The translations under genes and the position numbers were made by a program. The notes beneath the pieces are model-generated. The model searched no databases and had not been told where the DNA came from. It saw only the letters and a list, made by a program, of their open reading frames with translations. From NCBI RefSeq assembly GCF_009914755.1, contig NC_060928.1: 64,000 nt of DNA. The stretch is one strand, 5' to 3'. This document shows positions 46,790 through 61,458 of the stretch, piece by piece; the stretch's first letter is position 1, and every line of letters begins with the position of its first letter. This DNA is from the human T2T-CHM13v2.0 reference genome, Homo sapiens.

Positions 46790-47047
46790 CTACAGTAGTT
46801 TTAAAAATCAAATCATACTGTAACTATCAGCTTATAATTCTAGGGTCCTTTATGATCATTTGTTTCTAACAATCAAATGATTAACTCATAGGTTCTTCAC
46901 AGCTATTTTTCCATTGATTGTGTTTTAAAGGTGCTTGTGACCCAATTTTATTGCAGTGCTTTTCAAAATTCTAGGTGACATCAATTTTATTCAAATACAA
47001 TAATCTTCACTTTAGCAGTGAATCACTGACTCCCACTCCCACATACT
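46790..47047. repeat. Dispersed direct repeat, copy 2 (258 bp)
   Basis: See copy 1; offset 1290 bp. Confidence 0.93.
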
Positions 47048-47442
47048 TAAAAGCACGTGGCAAGCAGAGAACATGTTTTATTTTATTTTGCATTCTTCTT
47101 GCCATAGACTACTAATGGCAGCACTTCTTTTCTAGGAACTGCCTCCTTTCTTCCCCATGGTTACAACAAAAACTGCACTATGCCTTACTGATAACCATGC
47201 TCCTTCACTATAGAGGAGGACCCACTATGGTCAAAACGGCAATGTAAAAGACCGTATGGCAACAGCAAACACCATCCAGCAGATGTCATTCTCTGGGCTA
47301 TGGGAAAGTGGAATACATGAAAGGAAACAAAGGACTAAGGACATTCAACAGGTGCTTGGGAATAAAGGTGGCCAAGGCCCATATTAGGCATCCTGGACAC
47401 CAGGCCTGGGCCAGGAAGACACCCATCACACCTCATTTATGA

Positions 47443-47818
<376 letters not shown>

Positions 47819-48715
47819 ATTTCTCTTAATCTCAGAAAGCCACACTCGGACATGCTGCCTATATAATATCCAGACCAATGCTACATAGAGTTAAAGGCTT
47901 TTTCACATTTTATCACGCATGTGACACATGTGGAACACTTTATAATATTTCCAAATAAAGAGATTACATTTATGAAACAAGATAATAATGCACCCCTTGC
48001 TCTTCTTCTTTTCCCTGTAGTAAGTAATAATGCCCTCTTGTTTCATGTTTCTTTCAGGCATGGAGTTTCAGAAAAAAGGCACAGGACACTGAACCAGAAG
48101 TATGGATTTGAACCTAGTTCATTACTTCCTAATTAAGTGACCTTGGACAAGGCAATTAACCACAGGAACTCAGTCTGCATATTAAAGAAGGAGGAGGTAG
48201 AGTAGCTAATAATATTTACCTTGAAGTTTACTTTTTTTTGCTTTTTAAAGAAATAAACATGTACTTGCCTAGCATAGGAACTGATTCATGGTAGATACTC
48301 AATAAATGCAATTCAAATTTGAATTTCAAGCTACTGGGTTTATTTTTTATTTTTCTTGATCCTTTCCATGGACAATCACACTTATTCTATTTAAATCCAA
48401 ATTCTTTTTAAGAAGCATGATTTTGGATTATTTCCAATTATTATTTCTTTTAAAGTCTTTGTCTACTAGAGCAGCAGCTGTCAACCCTGCTAAAAATTAA
48501 AATGTCCTAGAAAACATTTAAAAAATTAATAGTGCATAAGCCCAATCTCTGACCAAATTTGAATCTGTATCTTTGAGGATAATCACAAAGTATGCATGAA
48601 ACAATAACTGAAAAAATTTTAAAAAAAAAGACTGGTTAAAATACTTAAGACCAAACCAAAATAAAACGGCTTAAGAATTATTACACATATTATGTAAGAC
48701 TGCAAGAGGTATTTA

Positions 48716-48919
<204 letters not shown>

Positions 48920-49285
48920 TCATTCAAAGGGCCTCCAATCATATAACACTAAATAAAAATTTATCTCTGAAGCCTGTTATACACAGGTATTAATACATTT
49001 CAGGGGGGTGGGTATGAAAACATACATTCATATGTAAAATTTCCAAACAGGTATTTTCTAAGTTAGCAAACCTCAAGAGAGGGTGGAATTCATTGGAAAA
49101 TCATAATTCATTTCCATGTGTTCAACAGAAGGCTGATTAGTGCACACAGATACTTTGTACCCACCCAAAATTTTCAAAATGTTGTCAACATTTTTGACAT
49201 AAAAAGACCAAATAAGTAGAGCAAGATACAAAGACTTACCACTAATAACCAGGCCAATTATCTGATAAATCCACAATATTCTGTA

Positions 49286-49471
49286 AAGCATTTTGCCTAG
49301 ACTAAGTGATTTTAAGAAGAATGTCCCCTTAAATTTATGAATTTTTAGATTAATAATTAGATTTAATTCATAGATTTAATGCAATTCCTAGATGCAGTAT
49401 ATACAAGCATTTTTGCCTAGACTAAGTAATTTTCTTTAAAAAGAATGTCCCCTTAAATCTATGAAATTTTA
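49286..49471. repeat. ~62-bp direct duplication (49286-49347 / 49405-49471) with a patchwork spacer
   Basis: aagcattttgcctagactaagt...aagaatgtccccttaaat.tatgaa occurs twice. Confidence 0.88.
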
Positions 49472-50930
49472 CAAATTGAGACTGTTTCTATTTTAGAATT
49501 TTATTTATTACCAATCTCTGCTGGTGTCTACAGGTCAAAGATTATTGTCTCAGCAGGGTAATATTTAATCAATCAGTAATGAAACAGAACATGCACAAGA
49601 ACTTTGGAAATAAACCAACAATCCAGTTACTAAGCAGAAATAATTTATAATGTAACACTTTAGTTCTCAATTAAAAATACAGGTGACTGTGTCTCTTTTA
49701 CATAAGGATAAAAATGTATCTCATGACTTCTGTGTAATCAATTTTAGGAGTATCAGTTTAGAAATACCTCTTCAAAACAACATTTTATCATTTCTTCGTT
49801 GATCTGTGTCATTTATTTCTGGTAGACTGAACCGTGCCTAATATAGTTAGGTTCTAAAAGCAGCTCAAAAAGTATCTTTAGATAGATAAACAGCCACCTT
49901 AACATTTATAATTTTAAAAACACTGTGAGTCCTCTCTTTTTGGAACTTGGTCATACTATAAAAGAAAATGCCCCCTTAAAAACCTTTTGAAATGTTCTAA
50001 AAGTATGTATTCTGATTATGGAACTGAGCTTCGTTATGGAAACAAAATCCATGTGAAAGACAGTTTCACTCTTAATCCTAGTACCTTGACTTTATAGACA
50101 GAGGGTGACTATGCCTACTTGACAACAAACAAAAACAAAGAAACTGGATGACATAATCTCAATTTTTCCAATGAATCAATCAACTTCTCATTTTAAACAA
50201 AAATACTTGATATTAACTGATGCACTTAACACACATTCAAGTAAGCCAGTGGTTATGGGTAGGTAGTGCAATCAGGATAAATCTGCCAAAAATGGGCAGT
50301 CAGCCGACTGGAACACAGCCAAAATAGCATAGTGACACCATAGCCTTGACAAGTGAGAACAATTATTTGAAGACCTGACTGGTTGGGTATATAAACAGGT
50401 TACTTCAAACATCAGCTACAAAACAGTGAGTATATAACACTGGATCCGTTCACACCTGTTGACTGATTGCTTGAAAACAGCTAATTGTGAAATGAACTTG
50501 GTATCTTCCTTGATTCAGGGATGTCATAGACATGGGCCTCCTTCAAAATGCAGGTATCTATATTCCCAATTTCAGCACACAGGTTATAAAAAGAAGTGCT
50601 ACTACTTTTCAGAAAACCTAGACTATGAAGGGATGAGTTTAATTATTCAAAGGGAAGCAATGCCTTTCAGTGGAGCCTACTGGGAAACGGTATCAGACCT
50701 CAAATCTTAAAAGTAGTCTAATTTCTCCCTAATGTAGATTTAATATACTATTAAAGTGAACATCTGAAATTTCATAATTTTCTAAACCTCCAAAATTGTT
50801 CTACATCTTAGAAACTTACCAGGTGAGACAAAATCAACTTTATTTAATCATTTGCTAGTTAGAACATAAACTTTTCCCTGTTTTTAAAGATGTCCCTATT
50901 CCTTTCCCTTTAAAATCAGGGATATTACAG

Positions 50931-50967
50931 GGATCAGGAATGGTATTCAGGATTAGGAATGGTATTC
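50931..50967. repeat. 19-bp tandem duplication (ggat[c/t]aggaatggtattc)
   Basis: Directly visible. Confidence 0.8.
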
Positions 50968-51379
50968 TTTAAAACAACAGTAAAATGTGCAATACCTGTT
51001 AAATATTTAGTATAATTCTCATTCATATTTTCAACAAGACTGAAAAGTAGCTGGTAATTTACTCACTTATATGACAGTGTAAATGCAACAATTGAGAGGA
51101 ATAAGAGGAGGTGCCCTTACAGTACTTAAGAAATCAAGCTGAAAATGGACTTGTTCAGGCTAAAGATGTAAGAACTTTACGGGAGACTGTACGATACATC
51201 TGCAGCCATTCATTCCCTAGGACTCTGTCATACCTGTGTCATCCATCAGAAGATAATTTTAAGCTCTAATTCCTTTTGGGAGTGAGCCTGGTAAAAGGGA
51301 ACCTGCAGAGCCTAAGCAAAGTGAGGAAGTTCTGGAAAATGGACAATGCATGGTTTTTATAAATGCTCAAAACTGCTCA

Positions 51380-51499
<120 letters not shown>

Positions 51500-52553
51500 T
51501 CATCAGGAGTAGCACATTTATCTCTAACATCCAGATCTATGTGACTGGATCAAAGATAATCAAACATACATCATTCATGAAACAAGCCTCTTGACTCTAA
51601 GGCCAAGTTTATCCTTGTGGCAGAAAAAGCATCTACAGCTGTACTTTTTACATAATCAGAAAGGGGTTGAGGTGCATGAACTGGGGGAAAAAACATAAGC
51701 CATTATAAAACATTAGGAAAGTGTCCACTCTCAGAAAAATAAATTTTTAAAAGTCTACATTTAAAGACAAAGTGAACGGAGCATAACTATAACAAGATAA
51801 TGAATTTAAAATATAAGTCTCAATTTTCTCAAATATTGCACCATTTGTGCATATGTGTGCATGTATGTGTATACAACAGAGATAACTGAGTTTGCAGGCA
51901 GAAGAGAATACATATGCTCTCTTCTGCCTCCTAATTATTTTTGTTTCTATAATCTCCCAGATTTAAGACTCCTCCCATACGGTGGGAAATCAAGTTATTG
52001 CTTTATCTAACATTATGGGTACAATAAGATGATTATATCATTCAAAACCTAAACAAAATTATGGATATTCACAAGGCTTTAGAATTTGTCCTTTAAATAT
52101 GATCAGCAGAACTTTATCTTAAGACTTATCTATCTTGACTAAATAAAACATCCAATATACAATTATGTTTGTCTTTTAAGAGTCTCAAACTCAAATAACT
52201 TCATTATAAATGAAATTCAAATCATAAATTAAACCTGAAAAACCTTTTACAGTCATTATGTCTCTGCTCTAAGAACTTTTAATGAAACAAATGTGTATTA
52301 TAAAAATAAATTTTTGACAATGCAAATCAAGGTACAGAAAACCAATATTCAAACTGCAAATATTCACTAGAACTTAAACTATATACCATTGAAAACATTC
52401 ATCAATTATAAAAATAGCACTGCAGGGAAACATTCTAGTAATGTATGTTATTCAAATAATTTATTATAAAAGAAAAGATAGTTTCTGTGTTACACATTTT
52501 GTACAAATTCCCTGACCAACAGGAAAAAATTATCATTAAGATAACATACAGTT

Positions 52554-52867
<314 letters not shown>

Positions 52868-54029
52868 TTATAGAGATACTGACTATAAAAAAGATTCAGT
52901 TCTTTGGCAAAAAGGGATCTGAAACTGAAAACAGTCTCTGTTCATGTGCCCATGTGTAGTGTGTTTTGTAAGAGAAAGGGAGAAAAAGAGGAGATAATCA
53001 TGGGGCCTCCACTTCCTAGTTGTCCCCAGTCAATTCAATAAATAAAACATCTAACTGATGAACATGAGTGTATCTTAGAAACTGGAGAGGATGGCCCAGT
53101 CTCTGCATGGAAACATGCCCATCTGGTACCCAGAATCAGGTGTTGACCAACATGTGTCTTCAAAGGCTTCTGTTCTGCTTAAAGAAAAGTGAATATACGA
53201 CCTTTCCAGGTAAGTGTGTGTCAGAGAAAAAAAACAAAAACAAAAACAAAGAAAAAACCACTTTACTTTCAGAGATACTGGTTGGTCTTTCAAAAACAGC
53301 AGATTTGTTTGGTATATATTAGCTATAAAAGGCCCAGCTAAGGGGCACAGAATAGGTTCTCAATAAATGTTCCTTCCCTATCTTTTTTCTTTTTTTGAGG
53401 CCTTCACTTAAATTCCTTGTGCCTTCGCAATGCCTCTGTATAGAAGTATACTGTCTTGTTACCACTGTCAGACAGGTTGCCTGACTATGTCTGTCACTTT
53501 TTTGCCCTTGGTAAACGACTTAGTTGCCCTTTCTTATTTGCCCTTTTGGAACAACTTACACTATTCTTAAGAAAGAATAATTTTAAAATATTTTCGTCAC
53601 ACTAAGTTTGATACCCTTATGTGTTTAAGCTAAGTTTTTCCCCATGAAAATATATACCTGATTTTTATTGGAAATCTGAAAAAAATAAAATTAATCAAGT
53701 GCCAATTTGCTAGGTTAACAGCATTAAGTGAGGAGTATTTGCATTATTGACTTGGAGGGAATTCATTTTGAAGAAAAACTTCAGACATTTTCAAAACATA
53801 TGCCATCATATACTCAGCTTTTCAAAGAAATACCAACATTTTCCTCATAGATCTAGACAATACTTGAATATCATCTAGATTCCCACTGTTGCTGAACTAT
53901 TTACCTAGGATATACAGAAGTTTCTAATAGTATTAGAAAAGAGAAACAGAAACTCTGTTCCACTTTTATGCTTTTTAATGGAAATTATCACAAATCACAA
54001 AATGTTCAAGCTGAAAAGCACTGCGTATA

Positions 54030-54035
54030 TACACA

Positions 54036-54069
<34 letters not shown>

Positions 54070-54087
54070 AAGAGCGAGAGAGAGAGA
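54030..54087. repeat. Compound (CA)n(GA)n microsatellite
   Basis: Directly visible. Confidence 0.95.
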
Positions 54088-55520
54088 ACGGCAGGAAAAG
54101 CATATTGCTAACACCTAAACACCCCAAAGAGATGAAAAATCACTTATTCCCCAGTAATTTAGCAGAGGCCCAGTGATGATTGTTCCATTTGTTAGAAGAC
54201 AGTATTAGCTACAGAGAGGGGCGGTATAAGTTCAAGGCAGGTTTCTGTCCTAAGGGTATTTATTATCTTAGGAACATAAAGCATTATAAAAAATATTTTT
54301 AAAAAATTACTATATTATAAAACACATTGAAGATAAAATAGAAGTTTTATAAAGATATTATAAAGCAAGCAAGAAAGCATCTGAAATTAATCAGAGAAAT
54401 CTTTTTGAAAAATATCTATCTTTTGTTATATATTAAAGAGAATGACGTATGCAGATTGGTAGATAGGAAAGGGGTTAGAATTCTGCTCGGAAAAGAAGAG
54501 GGATCATCAGAAGCTGAGTGAATAGGAACAAAGATAAGGAAGGTAGAAAAGAAAAAAATGTAATAAATGGTAGAAAAATTGGCTTGGCAGTAGAGCAAAC
54601 AGTTACTATTAGATTAATTCTGTTTATTCTCTTGTATTTGTTTCTATATCATATTGAACTATATTTTCAACCTTGAGTTTAATCTCCCAGATGTAAGACT
54701 CTTTAGCCATGACATAGCTAGTGGGCATTATTAAAATGTTTTTTTTTTAAATGTTTTTATGCCTTTATGGATACTTTCCCTGTGCAGTTTTTCCTCCTGG
54801 AAAGGCCTATTCTTCTGCCAAGTCTTCACAAGTTATCACCTGTGAAGCATTCTCTTCAAGGCTATCTCACCTAAGGTGTACACAACTGCTGTATCCACTG
54901 TGTTCCTACAATATATGTATCTAATATATCACTTATCATGTTGTAGTGTAAATTATATTTCTACTTCTGTGCTCCAGCAATAGTGAATGCCTTAGGAGAG
55001 GAACACCGCTTTTTCATTTGCATTTTCATATCTTAAATGCTTAGCAGCAATCTGTCAGCTTATTGGGGCTTATGCTCAATTGCTGAAGTAGCTTCAATAG
55101 GGGCAGTCAAGCAGGTGAGAGATGCAAAGGGTTTCTTTCCCTCCTCCCTCAGTGCTTTGGCAAAGCAGAGGCAGGCAGCCTGCAATCCCCTGCCAATACA
55201 CAAGGAGGAAGCCACAGTCTCTTTGGTGTCCTTCTCCTCTTCCAGATCCAGTAATAGGGAAGACCCTGCCTGATTGTTCAACTCCTCCTCTGCTTCTTGG
55301 GGCCTGGGAATGGGTACTTAGCCCAGGAGTGTCCTGGGGCTACCTGGATGCTGTCAGACCTACCTTTTCCTAGGACTTGCTGTGTTTCTTTTTTGTCCCA
55401 GGGTTCTTGATCTAATTTCATTTTTGTCCAATGGGGATCAAGTCCTAAGGGGCCAACTCTTCCTGACAGAACTTTTCCAGAATTTAAGTTCAGAAGTGGC
55501 AAGCAATTTTTATTTAAGGC

Positions 55521-56055
55521 AAACTTTTTAGTAAAGTAAAACATCTATACAGAAAAAGGCAAAAATTAATTTGATGACCTTTCACAAAGTGAACACCCTT
55601 GGAACCTGCACTCTGATCAAGACACAGAACATTATCAAACCCCAGAAACTCCTCATATTTCTCTTACTGTCACCTCCTCTCTATGGGTAACCAGTATCCT
55701 GGCTTATAGCATGAAAGATTAGTTTTCTCTGATGTTGAACTCTTATTTCAGTGGAATCATACAGTATCTACTGGTCACTATCGGCTTCTTTCACTCGTCA
55801 TTATGCTTGGGATCTTCAACCATGTTGTTATGTGTAGTTTTAGTAAGCTCATTCTCATTTGCTGTATTTAGTTGTATAAATATATTAGAATTTATTATTC
55901 ATTCTACTAAATGGATATCCGAGTTTTCATTTCTTGGCTGTTATGATTAACCTTGCACATGTCGTTTGATGCACTTATAGAGACATTTCTAAAGGATATA
56001 AAATAGGGGCTGAATAGCTTGGTAATATGAATGTTCAGTTTTAACAGATAATGAA
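55521..56055 (-). mobile_element. Old L1 (L1MC/ME-type) 3' fragment
   Basis: 'tttcacaaagtgaacaccc...gatcaagacacagaacattatc...gtggaatcatacagtat...ggcttctttcactc'. Boundaries approximate. Confidence 0.6.
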
Positions 56056-56498
56056 GCAGCTAATGTAATTTGGGAGTAGAGGTGAAGTAAGATCAGGTGA
56101 CCTTCTCTGCAGAATTCCCAGTGTTACATTCCTTCATATTTTCATGATGCCGCTTTCCCCGCCTGCAAAAATCTTCCCCAATGACTCTGGTTGGATATGT
56201 TCTACTAATCCTTTAAAACTCAGGTCTGCTAATGCCTTCATCATGAATAGTCCCTTGAACCTAATCCATTCCCCCTTGGGGTTAGGATTCCCAACACACT
56301 CACTCAGATTGTCTGTCTCTCTCTCCCCCTCCCCACCAACCTGTGTGTGTGCGCGTGTGTGTAATAGCCTGCACATTTATAATGACGGCACTATTCACTT
56401 TGTATTTTACTTGTCTGTTTCTGCTTTGTGAGCTCTGCTACTGGACTGCCATTTTCTTGAAGGCAGGGACTCAGCATCTATAAAACTTAGTAGAGAGA

Positions 56499-56829
<331 letters not shown>

Positions 56830-56949
56830 CTACAGTAAATGCTCAGCTAATGTGTGCTAAATAACTGAATGAGTGAAAAAATTCTCAAAAAAGATACCCA
56901 TGAATGGAACAGTATGCATTGGGTAGAGGGAAGAGGGACGATACTAATG

Positions 56950-57640
56950 AAATTGGAAGCAGAGAGCTCAGGTGTGATTTCAATAGACTAAAAATAAAGG
57001 TCTTGAATTCACAGTGGGAAAGAGGAAAGGCAGCATGGTTTAGATGCTTGTGATATTTATAAAGATGTGATGACTGGTGGTGATTTCAATACACGAGGAA
57101 AAAGCAAAGACACCTGTTAGTCTGCATGGCTGGGAGAATGAACAGTAAACAAAAAACAAACAAAAAACAGGAGGAATTTTCAGTGGGGATTAAGCAAGTG
57201 GGAAAGTAATTAAGCCCTTTCAGGCATGGTGAGTTTAGGTTAAGGTGAAAATGGAATCCCTAGAAAAGAAGTTCCAGCAGACAACTAGACATACAGGAAT
57301 TGAGCTCAGGAAAAGAGATGAAGCGGGCTAGACATAGATTCAGGAACTGGCCATAGAGTTTACAGTTTACAGTGAATCTAGGGAAGTGGGTGTAGGTGAG
57401 GTTCCTAGAGGAAAGTGTGAAGAAAAAAATGCCAAAGCAGAAGAAAGACAAAAAAAAAGAGGCATCAGGAAGAGAAGGGATCGCCCTGACAAGTCAGAGG
57501 AGAATCAGGATATATAAACAAGGAACCAGAGGATTTCAAGATGGAAGCGGCTGATAAGAGTGTCAACTGCTGCACAGAAGCTGGGCAGTGTGAGAAGAGA
57601 AGGCTGCTGATTTGTGATTAAGGGACCAGTAGTGATTTGA
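56950..57640 (-). mobile_element. L2 fragment
   Basis: Purine-rich, with 'ccagcagacaactagacatacagg...gagctcaggaaaagag' and 'agtgtcaactgctgcacagaag' L2-like motifs. Boundaries approximate. Confidence 0.5.
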
Positions 57641-58551
57641 GTGAGTTGCTACCTGTAGCTTCCAAAACACTTCAAAATCACTGTCAAGATGCCCCTAAAA
57701 TTTCAGAGTTTAAAAGAGCTTTAGGGTGTCTAATTTAACTCACTCATTTTGAAGCAAGGTAAACCCAGGATACAAAGCTTATATGATTCATCCAAGGCAG
57801 AAATACAGATTGATAACCTAAACACCAAATCCAGCTGCCAGTTTTCATTGGTCTACATGAAATGAAAATTTGTCATGATCCTCACTAATTTCCAGAATCT
57901 AACACTTGCCCTGCTCCAAGTATCTCAACTATCTGCCTGAACATTATAGGTATTATTTGAGTGTGCAAACTCTGGTCTAAGATTCTAAAGATAATGGTAC
58001 ATTGGGGCAAAATCATAGATCTTATGGATTCTTTCCTCTCTGTCACACTGCCTATCTGATATAACTCAGGAACAGTGTTAAATTCTGACTGATGCATATT
58101 TTCTGCATAACTTTATTTTATTTAAATAATGGCCCAGATAACATGTTAGATAGTGGATAGGCTGGCATAGCAAAGTAAACACACAAACTACACATACAAA
58201 TGTTAAATAAAACTGAGAGCTGTGGATCAAAATACCTGCCAATAATTCAAAATGGTAATTGCCACTAAGGTTCTCTACCAATTTCATGGCTTGCTTGTGC
58301 CCATCTAGATCCACTTTATAAACCATAATCCCAGAGGATGCCTTCATACTTTCAAGGTGGCACTAAAGACAAAAGGACCAAAAAGCTGTAGGAGAATGAG
58401 AAACATTTTTCTCCTCCTTAGATAAAACATAATCCAGACTGCTTTGACATTAGTCAGTCTATATATAGGCCACAGATTTAGATATTCAGCTATTCACATA
58501 ATCTATACTTGCCATAGCTAAAAATCATTATTTATTAAGAATGTTTAATGA

Positions 58552-58913
<362 letters not shown>

Positions 58914-59030
58914 TTAATTCTCTGATTATCCTCTATTATTAAAGATGGTAGACTTTATTCTAAATATATTCTATATATTTATTTTACAAATATATACACA
59001 CGTCTGTGTCTAATGCCGTAATATATAGAC

Positions 59031-59180
59031 ATATCTGTGTCTATATTATAATATACACACATATCTGTGTCTATATTATAATATACACACATATCTGTGT
59101 CTATATTATAATATACACACATATCTGTGTCTATATTATAATATACACACATATCTGTGTCTATATTATAATATACACAC
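59031..59180. repeat. Minisatellite: 5 perfect copies of 30-bp unit atatctgtgtctatattataatatacacac
   Basis: Directly visible; explains the repetitive ORFs at 58979-59239. Confidence 0.96.
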
Positions 59181-60016
59181 ATAATATATACACATCTGTG
59201 TCTAATGCCATAATATTATATAAGTTCAGTATTATATAAGTTCAGTATGGGACTCTGCTTAGAATATGATTTGAACAGCTGACACGAAAACGAATAGAAT
59301 GCTATACTATTATTAATGCAACAGGACTCAATATCAAAATCAAGAGTTTGAATTTTGTTTGATATTATGTTACTGAAGTATAACTCTGTGATATCAAGCA
59401 GGTAATTTAAACATCTAGGGTATAATTAGAAAGTTAACACTAGCTTTGGAAAACTGAACACATAACTTTGACGTACTTTAACAATGCCAACTTTTCACTA
59501 TAAATTTAAACATCTTTAATAAAAGATTACTCCCAAATTAATTACTGAAAATAAATTTTAGCCTTTTCAGAAATATTATACCATGCGTCTTTAATTCAGC
59601 CAAAATGGATTCATTAAACCACATTTCCAAAATATAGAAGTGAACTATAAATTTTTAAAATAAATATGCTTAGAACAAACCTCTCTGTTAATATTCATAT
59701 AAAGAAAGCTATACTTTGAAAGACGCTTTATAGTGCACTAGATTTTCTATTCATGAACTTTAATTTATCAATCACATCAACAGATAGAAAAACTTTTTTT
59801 CCCCCATAAGAAAACTTAGTATATGGAACAAAATGTCCTACTACTAAATAGGCATCAGATCAACGTCCTATAGAAGGATATTTGCTTACTCTAGAGACAG
59901 AAGATACACAGCTGGATGTATTTTACAGAATTCTTCCAGCCTTGCCATTAGCTTAGCTGCCAGGGCTGGAATTGAGCATTAACTTCAGGGAACATCAGGT
60001 TAAGTTCTTCAGTATC

Positions 60017-60061
<45 letters not shown>

Positions 60062-60104
60062 AGAAGAGGAGGAGGAGGAGGAGGAAGGAGGAGAAGAGGA
60101 GGAG
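60017..60104. repeat. (TAA)~14 microsatellite followed by a 45-nt pure-purine (GAG/GAA) tract
   Basis: Directly visible. Confidence 0.93.
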
Positions 60105-60623
60105 TAAGTATTCTAAAATTAAAAATTCTCATCTTCTTCATAACCTCTTTTCTCTTTCACTCTCGCAATTTTCACATAAGCTGTATGTATAATGATAAGA
60201 GACTTTAGTGAAACTGAGGAAGATCACATCTGGGAGGATAAAACTGAGGTGACACGATAGGAAGACAGTGAGGTCATGCAGAAACCTAATCGTGTTGCAG
60301 ATTCCTTTCTGAAGTGTTATAAAATGTCATGTAATGGGTAAATCTCTAGCGATTTGTAAAATGTAAAAATTATTATAAAAATATTTTCAACTTGGCTTGT
60401 CAAAGTCCTAAAAATAAATATACTATGGTTCCTATATACTGTAAAGCTGCTTATTTTAATTTATCCAGGAAGCCTGATAAACAAATGTAAGAAGGAATTA
60501 AATGATTGATTTAACCAATGTAAAGTTGTTTTTCTGATCTGAGTTACAGAAACTGGTAAAACTTTTAAATGTGATAACATAATTGAATTAAAACAAGGCT
60601 GGTGTTGGATTTTTTTGGTACAG

Positions 60624-61455
60624 TTTTTTTTTTTTTAATACTGGAGTTTTTTTTAAGTTCTGGAGTACATGTGCAGAATGTGCAGGTTTGTTACATAGGT
60701 ATACATGTGCCCTGGCGGTTTGTTGCACCCATCAACCCGTCATCTACATTAGATATTTATACTAATAATATCCTTCCCCTAGCCCCCCACCCCCTGACAG
60801 GCCCTGGTGTGTGATGTTCCCCTTCCCTGTGCCCATATGTTCTCTTTGTTCAACTCCCACTTATGAGTGAGAACATGAGGTGTTTGGTTTTCTGTTCTTG
60901 TGATACTTTGTTGCATTGGGGCAAAAATAATAGTTCTTATGGATTCCAGCTTCATCCATGTCCCTGCAAAGAACATGAACACATCCTTTTTTATGGCTGC
61001 ATAGTATTCCATGGTGTATATGTACCACATTTTCTTTCTCCAGTCTATCATTGATGAGCATTTGGGTTGGTTCCAAGTCTTTGCTATTGTAAATAGTGCT
61101 GCAATAAACATGCATATACATGTGTCTTTATAGTAGAATGATATATAATCCTTTGGGTATATACCCAGTAATGGGATTGCTGGGTCAAATGGTATTTCTG
61201 GTTCTAGATCCTTGAGCAATCGCCACACTGTCTTCCACAATGGTTGAACTAATTTACACTCCCACCAACAGCGTAAAAGCGTTCCTATTTCTCCACATCC
61301 TCTCCAGCATCCATTTCCTGACTTTTTAATGATCGCCATTCTAACTGGCATGAGATGGTATCTTATTGTGGTTTTGATTTGCATTTCTCTAATGACCAGT
61401 GATGATGAGCATTTTTTCATTGTTTTTTGGCCACATAAATGTCTTCTTTTGAGAA
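60624..61455 (-). mobile_element. L1PA 3' fragment (end of ORF2 plus 3' UTR), ~830 bp
   Basis: ORF 60779..61420(-) is the L1 ORF2p C-terminus ([22 protein letters not shown]...[24 protein letters not shown]); 3' UTR and poly-A present. Confidence 0.95.
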
Positions 61456-61458
61456 AGA

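Noticed and set aside
58979-59239. Repetitive ORFs (MCVYYNIDTD)n and CRISPR-like 30-bp periodicity
   Set aside because: Translation of a head-to-tail minisatellite; there are no unique spacers or cas genes, and the DNA is primate.
60779-61420. 213-aa ORF, the longest in the window
   Set aside because: It is the C-terminal remnant of L1 ORF2p from a 5'-truncated copy, with no promoter, endonuclease or RT domain; not a gene.
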